Below are positions 27,985 through 41,279 of a stretch of DNA of 64,000 nucleotides, in pieces; the first letter of the stretch is position 1, and each line of letters starts with the position of its first letter. The stretch covers positions 13,578,001-13,642,000 of the forward strand of contig NC_043002.1 of assembly GCF_006345805.1 (NCBI RefSeq), given 5' to 3'. Source of the stretch: Octopus sinensis. Its lineage: Eukaryota. A program made the position numbers and the translations under genes. Under the pieces are notes generated by a model that worked only from the letters and a program-made list of their open reading frames with translations, made no database searches and was not told the DNA's origin.

Positions 27985-28175
27985 CAAGTCAGGTCTTGTC
28001 GTTTGCCAAGATGGTCCCGAGTGTCGGTGGTTTGTCCAGTGTTTTTAAGAAGAATTTATTCAGGAAGTGTTTGAATATAAAGAGTTCTTTTTCTGCTTTG
28101 AATTCTTTCGGATGAATTTTAAATAAGTCCACATCAATTGATGTGGGAAAGTTGTGTTGCAATGTTATGTGTGCT
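27985..28175 (-). mobile_element. CR1-group LINE C-terminal remnant
   Basis: ITLQHNFPTSIDVDLFKIHPKEFKAEKELFIFKHFLNKFFLKTLDKPPTLG aligns by eye to TLQHNFF...REIKEEKDPINFKQSLDRFLQRIPDKPPIIG of the 8232-9708 element. Confidence 0.7.
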
Positions 28176-28197
28176 AATAAAATATATATATAGACAT

Positions 28198-28582
28198 ATA
28201 GGCGCAGGAGTGGCTGTTTGGTAAGTAGCTTGCTTACCAACCACATGGTCCCGGGTTCAGTCCCACTGCGTGGCACCTTGGGCAAGTGTCTTCTACTATA
28301 GCTTCGGTCCGACCAAAGTCTTTGTGAGTGGATTTGATAGACGGAAACTGAAAGAAGCCCGTCGTATATTTGTATTTATGTATGTATGTGTGGATGTTTG
28401 TGTGTCTGTGTTTGTCCCCCACATGCTGGTGTGTATACATCCTCTTAACTTAGCGATTCGGTAAAGGAGACCGATAGAATAAGTACTAGGCTTACAAAGA
28501 ATAAGTCCTGGGGTCGACTTGCTTGATTAAAGGTGGTGCTCCAGCATGGCCTCATTCAAATGACTGAAACAAGTAAAAGAGT
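28198..28582 (+). mobile_element. SINE-A, full length
   Basis: ATAGGCGCAGGAGTGGCTG...GGTTCAGTCCC (B-box-like)...GCGGTGCTCCAGCATGGCC...GAAACAAGTAAAAGAGT. Confidence 0.92.
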
Positions 28583-28851
28583 GAACACGTAGACACCGTT
28601 GGTCAACAGATACGAAAGTTTGGTGTCTCGCGTCGTATGTATATACTAAAGACGCCAGAGAAAGTACGCCGTACACACAGCAGGCAAAGATGAAACTAGC
28701 GAAAATGTAAGGAGCAGCTGTTTGGGCGCTGAGGATCTGGCACGGTGTACTGTATATTAAGTCTGTTATGGCAACAGAAATTTGGAGCTCGAAACAAACA
28801 CACACGTGCATACTCACCGCGCACACAGCCGAATACATAACCGAACACACA

Positions 28852-28882
<31 letters not shown>

Positions 28883-29185
28883 CATAGAAGTATAAACGTT
28901 CAGATAGAAGAAGAGACGTGGAGAGAGAAATACGTTACAATTCATTACAGGAATACAACAGATATAAACACTTTTTCTCTCCTCATACTCATAGAGAAAT
29001 ATGCTCACAAACATATTCAAAGATATGTATATATATCACACCTACACATACACACACGCACACTTCAATATCACCAGCCCTCTTTCACACGCACACACGT
29101 ACTCTCTTAGGGTTTTGGGGATCATCTTTACTTTGTTATCTCTCCTACTTCTTCTCTCTCCTGTGTGAACCTTCTGTCCGGCAGG

Positions 29186-29380
29186 CGCCATGATAGATCG
29201 GTAGCCACTACACACTCTTTTTTCTCTCCTTGTTTCTCTCCTTGTTTCTTTCTGTATTCCTTTCTGTTGAGGAGCGTAGGCTCGAAACGTAAAAGACTTT
29301 CTCAATTCTTGAGCATTATACTAAAACATCTGCTGGTTTTCTACCACCACCTGCGCCTTTTGTTTTTTTCGTGAATTCTC

Positions 29381-29383
<3 letters not shown>
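29186..29383 (+). mobile_element. Hammerhead-like non-coding element, family P1 copy 1
   Basis: CGCCATGATAGATCG...CTTT-CTGTTGA-G-GAGC-GTAG-GCTC-GAAA-CGTA-AAAG (29260-29295)...CTCCCC, then (TA)n. Further copies at 42227-42426 (+) and 57621-57765 (-). Confidence 0.75.
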
Positions 29384-29420
<37 letters not shown>

Positions 29421-29422
29421 TA

Positions 29423-29473
<51 letters not shown>

Positions 29474-30138
29474 AGATAGATGAAGAGGGAGAGAGAGAAA
29501 GAGAAAAGAGATTAAAGCGTGTGATGTCAAATAATTCAGTGTCGATCAGCAAGGGTAAATAAGCGTCGCCACATTAGAGTCGCCAAAAAGGCTGCTCCGA
29601 AACATCTCACACCCGATAATATATCATTGTTTTCCAGTCAAGTTATCAATTAATGGTGAATAATTCTATGCTACAACCAGGGAGCACTGACTGACACAAG
29701 ACGTACACATTTGTACGCGTAGATGACTAACAGTGGAAGAGGCCCAAGGGTTTAAGATGTATTTATTCACCGGAAACCCAATTAATGCGGCTAAAGGTGT
29801 GCCGGCATCAAAGTGCAATGGCTGTGATATGAGAATGTACGAACTTAATTTGGATGTGATAAAAAATATCAGATTAGAAAAAGACTTCATTAAAGCATTG
29901 CTTGTTAATTTTCATCTTAACACAACAGTTAATTTCAAATTCTCATAAGACATTATTTGTACGTCACCATATAATTTGTGTTGGCTTCACCACACACACA
30001 CATATATATAAATGCATATGCATATATATTGTGTGTGTGTGTGTATATGTATATATGTACATACATACATACATACATACATACATACACACATACATAC
30101 ATATATATATATATAAATGTATGTATGTATATATATAT

Positions 30139-30218
<80 letters not shown>

Positions 30219-30334
30219 TATATATTATATATATATATATATATACTTCGATTTTGCATCTGGTTTGCAAGAATCCTTATGTGAATTAGTGTGTTGAAAC
30301 AAATTTTGTTGTGTATGGGTAGAGCCATACTGCC

Positions 30335-30574
30335 TTAATATCAGTCATTTGACTGCGGCCATGCTGGAGCAACACGCTTAGTCGAACAAATCAATCCCAG
30401 GACTTATTCTTTGTGAGCCTAGTACTTATTCTATCGGTTTCTTTTATCGAACCGCTAAGTTACGGGGACGTAAACACAATCAGCATCGGTTGTCAAGCGA
30501 TGGTGCGGGGACAAACACAAACACACAAACATATACATACATAATACATACATACATACATACACACATATATC

Positions 30575-30615
<41 letters not shown>

Positions 30616-31057
30616 ATATATATATATATATATCGAGGCGCAATGGCCCAGTGGTCAGGGCAGTGGACTCGCAGTCGTAGGATCGCGGTTTCGATTCCCA
30701 GACCAGGCGTTGTGAGTGTTTCTTGAGTGAAAACACCTAAAGCTCCACGAGGCTCCGGCAAGGGGGGTGGCCACAACTTTCTGTCGGTCATTCTTCTGTT
30801 GGCCTACTCGCTTAGCCAGCGGTGTGGCGTCATTTGAAGGCTAAAACAATGCGAAGCGCACTGTGACCAGCGATGTATAGCAACATCTGATAGCCTGGTC
30901 GGTCACAGTGATCACTGAGTCACAGTGGACTTGCTTTTTCAGTTTCTGTCTACCAAATCCACTCACAAAGCTTTGGTCTGACCGAGGCTATAGTAGAAGA
31001 CACTTATCGAAGTGGTTGCTGAGCAAGCTACTTACCACACAGTCACTCCGGCGCCTA
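30335..31057 (-). mobile_element. SINE-A interrupted by a SINE-C (tail variant 3, +, 30635-30915) in its internal (TA)n
   Basis: SINE-A 3' half at 30335-30560, (TA)n, SINE-C, then SINE-A 5' half at 30930-31057. Confidence 0.85.
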
Positions 31058-31064
31058 TATATAT

Positions 31065-31930
31065 TGTTGCGCCGTGCGCTCACTCAGGACCCTAGACCTT
31101 CCGATTCCACCACGGGCCCTAAGTCGCGACGAAGACGCTCAGTCAAACCGGAAGTCCACCACGGAAAGTGGGGGAAAAGCGGTGAACGCAACCAGAAACC
31201 AACACAACAACAACAAAAGAGAGAGAGACACAGCGGAAGTTGCGTAATTTAACAATTTTTTTTTCAAAACAAAATCAAAACATTCCAAAACAAAGGTTGA
31301 CAAATCATGCACAGAGTTCGAAAAAACAATCAATTGCATTGAAACATAGTACAGAGTCCGAAAATAATCATTTAACATTTGACACAATACAGTTCGATCT
31401 TTCTTTTTTTTCAAGATACATCGTTTATTTACATTTGGCACAAAGTTCAAAATCAACAGTCTCTCTTGAGTTCCAGGTTCTCTTTCTTTTCTTCCTTTCT
31501 CTTTTCTTTCCTTTTCTTTTTTAATACAGTTAAACATCGAAATTCAAACATAAATAAACTATACCGCATGTTCCTCGAATCATCACAAAAACTCCCACTA
31601 TATCAGTCCGGCTTCTCTTTGCCCCCTTCACTGTCATCTTCCTTACTTCCTCTCTCTTGTCATCTCTCACATTCACTGTCTGTCTTTCTCATCTTTGTCG
31701 TTGCCTCTCGCCGACTCCACCATCTCCGCTCACACTTCTGGCTGGCTGTCCCGCGCCGACTGACCATCTCCAATTCACTCCCAGCTGGCTGTCCCACGCC
31801 GACTGACCACTAACCCCAATGCCAGCCGCATTTATAAAGGGTAGCATTTTAATTTTTTTTGAAAACTTTCTGTGACCGTGTTGGGATCATAGATCACAGC
31901 CTTGGATCATTAATTGTCGTGGTCGTGACA
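31065..31930 (-). mobile_element. LTR-like segment (probable Gypsy LTR)
   Basis: Begins ATAT|TGTTGCG and ends CGTGACA. Minus-strand TATAAAT near 31835; a 26-bp motif is duplicated at 31741 and 31784; composition resembles 49229-50190. No matching TSD on the right. Confidence 0.5.
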
Positions 31931-32056
31931 GGACAAAGGAAAATATCATTGTCCTGAACAACTGGAGCACCGGTTCAATTCCAACTAATGGAACAAGGGA
32001 CATAATGTTTTCTATTTGTTTACCTTTTTCTTGCCTTCGTAACAATATTGATTTTA

Positions 32057-32393
32057 TTTACTGATACTGTTGTACACAGGGTAAATGTGTTTGTTTGCTG
32101 TAGTTTAATTAATAAGGTTAGTGATTAATCTTTCGTAGAATTAAAATTGAATGAACGCAGGGATAAAGCTTTCGTTGTTATATTACTAACTATGGAAGAC
32201 TGGTAGGGATATTATCTGTATGGAGTTCAAGGGCTAGGTGACTATTTAGTTAGATAATTTAGGAGTTAGTTATAGATTTGCTTATTGAATTTACTTACAG
32301 ATACTGTTGTACACAGGGTAAATATGTTTTTTTGTTGTAGTTTAATTAATGATGTTTGTGTTTAATCTATCCTAGAATTAAGATTGAATGAAT
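32057..32393. repeat. Diverged direct repeat of about 100 bp, period about 240 bp
   Basis: GATACTGTTGTACACAGGGTAAAT...TAGTTTAATTAAT...TAGAATTAA.ATTGAATGAA occurs twice. Confidence 0.75.
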
Positions 32394-33207
32394 GTGGTGA
32401 GTTCTTAAATATGTTTTGGCATCCCCCCCCAACATCGCTTGACAACCGATGCTGGTGTGTTTACGTCCCCGTAACTTAGCGGTTCGGTGAAAGAGACTGA
32501 TAGAATAAGTACTTGGCTTCCAAAGAATAAGTCCTGGGGTCGATTTGCTCGACTAAAGGAGGTGCTCCAGCATGGCCGAAGTCAAATGACTGACACAAAC
32601 CTGCACACAACAAACCCGAATATGCAGAATACGTACATACCTACGCACATACACGTATACATACATATGTGCATACCCAAGCACTCATGCACGCTGATGC
32701 ACACAAACAACATGAACGCAGCTCCAATAACGGACAAAGACAACATCCATTGACAAGGTTGCAAAAGCAACGAAAATTTTCAAAGAAATAAAATATAAAT
32801 AATAAAAGAGTGGAAATCGAACCGGTGAATGTGCCTAACAATACGGTATGTTAAACAATATGAGAACAAAATTTGCTTCAAAGCATGAATCCGCATAAAG
32901 AATCTTGCAAACCAGATAAAAAAATGAAATGAAGTTAACTGGTTTTTTTTTTGAGTTTTTGAATGATTACAATATATCTTCCACGCTTCATTTGTTTTAG
33001 TTGCAACACAGACTCAGATCAAAACACTTACCTGGCTAGTAAACATTGATTTAAAATTTTGGCACAAAGTTAGACATTTTTAGGAAGTTGATAGGCCGAT
33101 TACACCGAACCCGGCTGAATTTGAAATCAGACGAAATGCCACGAAGCGTTTTGCGCGGCATACTAACTGTTCTGCCGACACACCACCTTCTTGGAAATAA
33201 AATATAT

Positions 33208-34385
33208 TTGTTCGTTCTCGAGCCATGCCTGGCTCATTAGGGCCGGTTTCCCGGTTTCCTTGGCGTATTGGTTCCCCACCTGGACGGGTCGCCGGTCCGT
33301 CGCAGGTGAGCTGAAAGATTGCAGGAGGAAAGAGTGAGAGAAAGTTGTGGCGAAAGAGTCAGCAGAAGTTCGCCATTACCTTCTACCGGAGCTGCGTGGA
33401 GCTTAGGTATTTCGCTCATAAACACACACATCGTCCGGTATGAGATTCGAACCCACGATCCCTCGACCGCGAGTCCTCTACTCTAACCACTAAGCCATGT
33501 ACCTCCACAAATTAAATATAGCTTTCATATTTTAGTAAAAGACCAGTAATCTCGAAGGAGGGGGTAAATTGATTCTATCCATCTCTGATTTCAACTGTTT
33601 TTATGAAATTTTATCGACCTCGAAAAATGAAAAACGAAATTTGAAGTCAGAATATAAAGACGGACGAGATACCTATTTCTATTTCTTTACTACCCACAAG
33701 GGACTAAACACAGAGAGGACAAACAAGGACAGACAAACGGATTAAGTCGATTATATCAACCCCAGTGCGTCACTGGTACCTATTTAATCGACCCCGAAAG
33801 GATGAAAGGAAAAGTCGGCCTCGGCGGAATTTGAACTCAGAACGCCGTCAGTCGAAATACTAAGTAGTTTGTTCGGCGTCCCAACGAATCTACCAGCTCA
33901 CTGCATTCTCCTAATTAAACAATTCTTTTCTACTCTAGGTACAAGGCCCGAAATTTTGGGGAAGGGGGCCAGTCGATTAGATCGACCCCAGTAGGCAACT
34001 GGAACTTAATTTATCGACCCAAAAAGATGAAAGGCAAATCGACCGCGACGGAGTTTGAACTCAGAACGCAGACAGACAAAATAAATACTAAGCATTTTGT
34101 TCGGCGTCCTAACGAATCAACCAAAAAATAAATAAATGCTCCCTTTGAAAAGCCTATCCAGGCTCATGGGCCCGGTTTCCCGGTTTCAATGGCGTATGTG
34201 TTCCCCAGCTGGACGGGACGTCAGTCCATCGTAGCGTTACTCATTTTTGCCTGCTGAGTGAACTGGAGCAACGTGAAATGAAGTATTTTGCTCAAGAACA
34301 CAACGCATCACCCGGTCCACGAATCGAAACCAAAATCTTACGATCATGATGCTGACACCCTAACCACTAAGCCACGCGCCTCCAG
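33208..34385 (-). mobile_element. SINE cluster: SINE-C (33208-33508), 2-3 SINE-B (33560-34125), SINE-C-related (34135-34385)
   Basis: Family motifs as above. Confidence 0.8.
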
Positions 34386-34582
34386 AATGAATCTACCAGC
34401 TCACTGCGTTCTCCTAAGTAAACTATTAATCGATCTTTTATCGAAGAGAGAACATTCACTGGCAACTGCTCAAACGTAATTCTTTCTGCAATTTAAGAAT
34501 TGTTATATTTATTTACTTTGGTTATTTTCATTGGAGAACTGCATTGGAAATAGCCTGAATTGTAAAGTGTGCGCGGCGCTTC

Positions 34583-34958
34583 ACTGGGGCAATACACACA
34601 CACACACACACACACATACACAAGCACACGCACACACACACACAAGCACACGCAAACACTCACACAAAAGCACACACACACACACAAGCACAAGCACTCA
34701 TACACACACAAGCACACACACAAAAGCACACACACAAACACACACACACACACAAGCACACACACACTCACACACACATACACACAAGCACACATACACA
34801 CATACACACACACGCAAACGCCCGCACCCACACACACACACAAGCACATGCGCACACATACACAAGCACACGCACACACAAAAGCACACACACACACACA
34901 CACAGGCACACATACACACACAAGCACACAAACACACAAGCACACACACACACACGCT

Positions 34959-35010
<52 letters not shown>

Positions 35011-35287
35011 AAAGCACACATACACACACGCTCACACACACACACATGCACACACACACACACACACACATTGAAACGACTTTTAATACCAGCAGAAAAA
35101 ATAACAAAACCAAAAGATACAAACAATCCAAAATGTCTCCAGGACTCACAGACATCTTTTATTGTGCGGTGAAAGCATACAATACAAACAAGGCTGTTCA
35201 ATTGAAACTACTACTACTACTACTAGTACAACTTTTGCAGCCACCACCACCACTACTACTGCTACTACTAGTACTACTTTTGCAGCC

Positions 35288-35318
<31 letters not shown>

Positions 35319-35340
35319 GTACTACTTTTGCTAATAGCAA
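34583..35340. repeat. Degenerate CA-rich array followed by a (CTA/CAC) minisatellite with a unit of about 45 bp
   Basis: Low-complexity runs; AGTAC(A/T)ACTTTTGC recurs three times at 35225-35330. Confidence 0.85.
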
Positions 35341-35520
35341 TGATAAATGGCGCCCATTTTCAAGCCTAGCCAGGCTCATGGGCCCGGTTTCCCGGTTTCT
35401 GTGTCGTATGTGTTCCCCCCAGCTGGAACTTAATGTGATTTGCCATTTATATAATGAGGAATAGTCCAAAACGAGTCGTTTTTGGAGTTAATGTAATTTG
35501 ACATATTTTTTAATTTTATT

Positions 35521-35827
35521 TATGCGCCCTTATCAAGCCTAGCCATGCTCATGGGCCCGGTTTCCCGGTTTCTATTGCGTATGTGTCCACCCGCAGCTGA
35601 AGGACGCCAGTCCATCGTAGCGTTACTCAAGAAACAGGAAGAAAGAGTGAGAGAAAGTTGTGGCGAAAGAGTACAACAGGGGTCACCACCACCCCCTGCC
35701 GGAGCCTCGTGGAGCTTTTTAGGTGTTTTCGCTCAATAAACACACACAACGCCCGGTCTGGGAATCGAAACCGCGATCCTTCGACTGCGAGTCCGCTGCC
35801 CTAACCACTGCGCCATTGCGCCTCCAC
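35521..35827 (-). mobile_element. SINE-C, tail variant 2
   Basis: Matches 20167-20483; an isolated 3'-end fragment of the same type lies at 35348-35425. Confidence 0.88.
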
Positions 35828-36699
35828 GGTGATGCTAGTAGCAAGGATAATTATAATGATGGTACTGTTTATATTGATACTCAGGCAGTGAGCATGCAAA
35901 ACCATTACTACGCCGGACAAAATAGTTTGCTGTATTTCTTCCGGCTCTTTACCTTCTGTGGTCAAATGCTGCCGTGTTTGACATTGCAATTTTCATCTTT
36001 TCGAAATCGATAAAATGCGCATCAGTTAAGTATTGGGTCAAATCTGATCGACTGACGTCCACCTCTAAAGTTACTGGTCGCGTGCCAAAATTATTAAAAA
36101 AAAATATATTGATAGTATTTTCTTTTACTCTCCAAGTGAAACTGTTCCCTATTTATTTTCGACTAAATTAACATTCAATACATAATACCTCGATCATTGC
36201 TCGGTCATTCAGGTAATAGAATATTGAATTCAATGTAAGAGTGTTCTCTTTTCGGGAATTATTTCTTGAAGCATGTTTATTGGAAGTTACTCTCAATGAG
36301 ATGGCAAACAACGAGAAGTGAAACAGGCCTCAAGCAACGACGTATGTTACGAACAAAGAAAAAAATTAAAACGCGAAGCTGCCCCTAGGATCAATAAATT
36401 AACAAAGATTTTAAAAATTTAAGAATATAAATTCCTAACAACGCAGAAGAAAGAAAAATAATTCGTTTTTAACGTTGGAACTCGAATCCGATAAAGCTAT
36501 GAATTACAACGTCTAAATATTAGGCGAAAGCTCTAATTGAAAGGCAAAAATTCGAAGGTTACCCGAGGGACTTGAATCCTTAGACAGCCTTCACCATCTG
36601 CCTAAAGAAAATTTTAACTTAGTAATAACAGGTAATATATTGATCTATCAACATGTAATATATTTCAAAGTACTTCCTGGCCATCTTTTTTTAATAAGT

Positions 36700-36875
36700 A
36701 AAGGAGTGGCTGTGTGGTAAGTAGCTTGCTCAACGGCCACATGGTTCCGGGTTCAGTCCCACTGCTTGGCACCTTGGGCAAGTGTCTTCTACTATAGCCT
36801 CGGGCGGACCAAAGCCTTGTGAGTGGATTTGTCAGACGGAAACTGAAAGAAGCCCGTCGTATATATGTATATGTT
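36700..36875 (+). mobile_element. SINE-A 5' half
   Basis: GGAGTGGCTGTGTGGTAAGTAGC...GAAGCCCGTCGTATATATG. Confidence 0.85.
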
Positions 36876-36904
36876 TATTCAAACACTTCAGGGTCGAAAA
36901 GAAT

Positions 36905-37500
36905 TAGGAAGGGACATGACTGTTGGCTACTGGTACATCATGTTTTGGTTGATAATATAAGGTCAGTAGAAAGTTAGCTTCTACTGACAGCATCTTATCA
37001 ACCTACATCAGCAAGTTCTCAACGGCAATAGTAGTATACTCATTGTTATCTCAGGCAGAGACTAAAGGGGAACCATCCATACGCCAAACAAAAAAAAAAT
37101 ACCTGCTAACTTTATGCCATATTTTAATGTATAATATATACATAGCATGTTTAAAACTATTCCACCAAGACCGTTCAGAAAGTAAAATATCATCACAGCA
37201 GAACAAGCAGCTGGAAAGAGGGCGTATAAGGATGAGTTGATAAACAAAATAGTATTATCAGAGGCGCGGTAGCGTCAGTGGAATCTGGTTCTAATGTAGC
37301 TGGACTATAAGAGAAGCTTTGACTCACTCTTTCACTCGTAGATGCTAGAAGCCCTTCCAGCGAGCATATTCAAAGTCATACTTTATCTGACATCATTCTG
37401 GGCCATCATGAAGTTAGATACAAGGTGTTATTGTATTACCACTGAGAAGATATCGTATCGCAGAGGTATATTCCAAGGAGACAGCATCACTGTGATGCTG
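36905..37500 (+). mobile_element. Decayed RT of an R4/Dong-type (restriction-like endonuclease group) non-LTR retrotransposon
   Basis: GRDMTVGYWY, LMYNIYIACL, NIITAEQAAGKR, ELINKIVLSEAR, LDYKRSFDSLFHS*MLEAL, ITTEKISYRRGIFQGDS (cf. EQAAGK...LDYKKAFDSVPHSW...RGIFQGDS). An inverted copy of 37252-37389 lies at 37567-37719. Confidence 0.75.
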
Positions 37501-38146
37501 CTCAGGCTTTCAGGCTATTGAAATTATCCTTTCTGCTGTAGGCAGAGGGGCTGAAATTTTGAGGGGCAGATAAAGTACAACTTTGAATATGCTCTCTGGG
37601 ACTTTAACAAGTGGAAGGGATTCTAGTATCTACGAGTGGAGGAGCGAGTCAAAGGCTCTCTTATAGTCCAGCTACATTGAAACCAGATTCCACCGACGCT
37701 ACCATACATCTGACAATACCATTGGCTGCTACTTATTTTATCGATCCCAAAAGGGACAAAAGGAGGCTATTGAAATAATACAAGTAATAATTTCACAAGA
37801 GCGGCGAATCATATAACAATAGGCGTAATGTGGGCGAATGGTTAAGAAATCTGCTTCGCAATCGAGAGGTTTGGGTTTCGATACAGCTGTCTGGTATCTT
37901 GGATAAGTGATTTTTTTATAGCCTTGTAGATGGAAATTGTATGTAAGCCCGTTGGCTTGATTGTATCTTTAATATAAAGGTACAGCCTTATCATATTGTT
38001 TTACTGTGATTCCACCTGAGGTTTACATAAAGATTACATGTGTCCGTGGAGTTCTCAGAAACTTATTACGGTAATTCAATGAGTCTCGAGGTTCACCTAA
38101 TAGAGCAACTGAATTTTCATGGTGGGAAATTCTGACTGAGACACCG

Positions 38147-38208
<62 letters not shown>

Positions 38209-38899
38209 TGTATTCCATATTTGAGTATGTAGGGAAGACGATTAACTTTTCCCACTAGTTGACCACAGCGAGATAAAACGCTAATACGAACTATCTGGTG
38301 ATTAAATATAGCGCATAGCCAGGAACGTAAATGTCCCCGATAGACTGTACAGACCATCGGTTCAATACTTCTTCGATAAGGAAAGAAGAAAAAATACTAT
38401 GTAAAATGTAATAAAAAATATCGATAAAGATGATGATGACCATAACGCTGCTGCTGCTGGTAATGATGATGATATGATGTTAATGACTGCAATAATGATT
38501 ATGATGATAGAATATATGATAATACAAGTTTTTTTTCGTCATTTCTTTTGATGCTAAGTTATTTCCTTTTTATCTTCAACTAAATTGTCCTTCAACGCAG
38601 ACATCACGTAACAAACAAATTATATTCGATCGAAAGTGTTTTGTTTGGGAATTTATTTTTTCGTTATTGAGTGCATGACTGAGCCACGGATCCTTACATT
38701 CATTATATATCGAACAAGGTTCTTGATCTATTCATTAGTGGTTGCGTACGTGACTATTTGCCGTTGCCAAACTCCTCAAATAGGAATATTTGCGTGTTTA
38801 TCTTTGTGTTTGCGTTTTATCACTGATTTTATGCATGTAATTTACTATACACATACAGAGAAACAAACACCAGTATATTTGTTTTGTTTTTGTTTTTTG

Positions 38900-39113
38900 T
38901 TTTTCCAGTTTCAGCTCTTGAGCTGTGGCCATGCTGGGGCACCGCCATTGTGGTGAAAGAGTACAGCAGGGATCACCACCCCCTGCCGGAGCCTCGTAGA
39001 GCTTTTAGGTGTTTTCGCTCAATAAACACACACCACGCCCGGTCTGAGAATCGAAACCGCGATCCTGCGACCGCGAGTCCGCTGCCCTAACCACTAGGCC
39101 ATTGCGCCTCTAC
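38900..39113 (-). mobile_element. SINE-A-type 3' tail variant (38900-38945) abutting a SINE-C 5' half (38945-39113)
   Basis: Minus-strand GCGGTGCCCCAGCATGGCCACAGCTCAAGAGCTGAAA; SINE-C head GTAGAGGCGCAATGGCCTAGTGG. Confidence 0.75.
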
Positions 39114-39558
39114 ATATGCGTGTATATATATATATATATATATATATATTTTATATAGAGGGTATTATTACACATAAATGTAATAATGCCCTCTATATAA
39201 AATAAATAAATATATTCAAGTGAAAAAATTTACAGATGTTTTCTCTTATGAGGTTTTTCACGCTAACTACTTGATAATTTCTTATGAAGATTTTATCCTA
39301 TTTTAAAATTATATATATATGCTCTTCAATATCCTTCCTAAATGCCTGAGAGACCTGCATGGTGAGGGATGTGGGTTTCTTTAAAGCTAAACTGGATCTC
39401 TTCTCGGCAGGAAACACAGATGCGGGTAGCGGCGTAGAACTCCCTTGTTGACCAAGTGCCACGTATCAGAGGTGGTTTCATATACTAGTGTAGCTCATTC
39501 AACGGCGGTGCCCCAGCATGACCGCAACTTTCGGACTGAAACATTTTTAAGGATTTAA

Positions 39559-39638
<80 letters not shown>

Positions 39639-39714
39639 TCATACATAAATACATACACACACGCATATCTGTTTATACATTTGTAATAATAGCTACTAGA
39701 ACAACACCAACACT

Positions 39715-40400
39715 GGTAATCCTTTCTACTATTGGCACAACATCTCAAAATTAAGGGGCGAGTACGGGCTATTACATCGAACCCCAGTGTTTAGGTGGTA
39801 CTTACTTCATCGAACCCTAAATGGATGAAAGGCAACGTCAACCTCGGTGGTATTGGAATTCAGGACATAAAGACGGACGAAATGCCATTAAACATGTTGT
39901 TCGGCGTGCTAACCACCTTACCATCTTGCAGCCTTATAATGCACTATGATAATACAAACATATCTAAATAATAATTTCAAAATTTGGCCCAAGGTTTGCA
40001 ATTTTGTGGGAGGGCTTAAATCGTTTATATCGACCCCAGTGGTACTTGTTTTATCAATTCCGAAAGGATGAAAGGCAAAGTCGGCTTCGACAGAATTTGA
40101 ACTCAGAACTTAAGGACGGACGAAATGCCGATAAGCATTTGGTTCGGCGTCCTAAGGATTCTGCCAGCTCACCGTCTTATAAGTATCTAAACATTCTTTT
40201 CTACTCTTGGCACAAGGCCCGAAATTTTGGGAGAGGTCCAGTCGATTAGATCGACTCCAGTATGCAACTGGTACTTAATTTATCAACCCCGGAAGGTATG
40301 AAAGTCGACCTCGGCGGTATTTGACCTCAGAGCGTAAGGACGGACGAAATGCCGCAAAGCATTTGGTTCGGTTCATAAGGATTCTTTCAGCTCGCCGTCT
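39715..40400 (-). mobile_element. Cluster of three diverged SINE-B copies
   Basis: Repeated GATGAAAGGCAA.GTC..C.TCG.CGG.ATTTGAACTCAG motif. Confidence 0.8.
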
Positions 40401-40934
40401 GATATGTATCTAAATATTGATAAAGTAGAACAGTACAAGATAAAACTAAAGAACCAGAAAACGATTTTTAAAATGTGGAAGAGACCACATAAAGTGATAC
40501 AAATCCGGGTTAAAATGTAAATGCGGTCTCCCAGTTATTACTGTCAGCCTATTGTAATTGCACAGCTATTTAGGAACCCCAGATACGCTAATCATATTCC
40601 ACTTTTTAAAATTCACCGGAGGACAGCACCTACCTCAACTACCCTCACCATTCTTCTGCATTGGTTGCCAGAGAAGTTCATCATATTTGTTATCAAATAA
40701 TTTCGCAGCCTCCACCATACAACTTCCTTCACCAAATTTTCGAACAAAGACGAGTACGTACCCTTTCTTGGCAAAAGGAACTGGTGGTTCGATATTCACG
40801 AAAAACTCGACAGATAATTAGATCTCTCCCGTACATGATAATAGGAATGTGACTTCGATCGACAAGTTTACAACATATAGACTGTAAAGGAATGCATACG
40901 AAACGGTTTTGTTGCCATGTGAGTATCTCGAATA

Positions 40935-41265
40935 GGTTCCTCGAAATAAATAATTACCAGCATCTGAAGACGACCCCCAAATATTATAAGATAATATTCA
41001 TAGAAAGAAAAATAATGAGGGTAACAGAATACTGTCAGCCTATTGTAATTGCACAGCTATTTAGGAACCCCAGATACGCTAATCATATTCCACTTTTTAA
41101 AATTCACCGGAGGACAGCACCTACCTCAACTACCCTCACAATTCTTCTGCATTGGTTGCCAGAGAAGTTCGTTGTGGGACGCATGAAATAACTGAAGAGG
41201 GCTCGACCCTAAAGTTTGAGAATAAGAAGAATTGAAGTTGAAGATTAATGAAAATATAAATTCTA
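40935..41265 (+). mobile_element. Non-coding (TA)n-associated element, family P5 copy a, carrying an insertion of about 128 bp
   Basis: Collinear with 44565-44770 (-) except for 41033-41160, which copies 40542-40669. Confidence 0.7.
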
Positions 41266-41279
41266 ATATATATGCATAC

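Noticed and set aside
40542-41161. TRIM/LTR interpretation of the 141-bp direct repeats (TGTCAGCC...GGTTGCCA)
   Set aside because: The repeats extend beyond the TG/CA positions, there is no TSD, PBS or PPT, and an empty site exists in the paralogous P5 copy.
41186-41220. CTGAAGA-GGG-CTCGA-CCC-TAAA in family P5, plus similar partial motifs near 22100-22190, 50815-50890, 51775-51800 and 63030
   Set aside because: The essential GAAA or the core is missing. They are at most decayed ribozymes, so they are not called.
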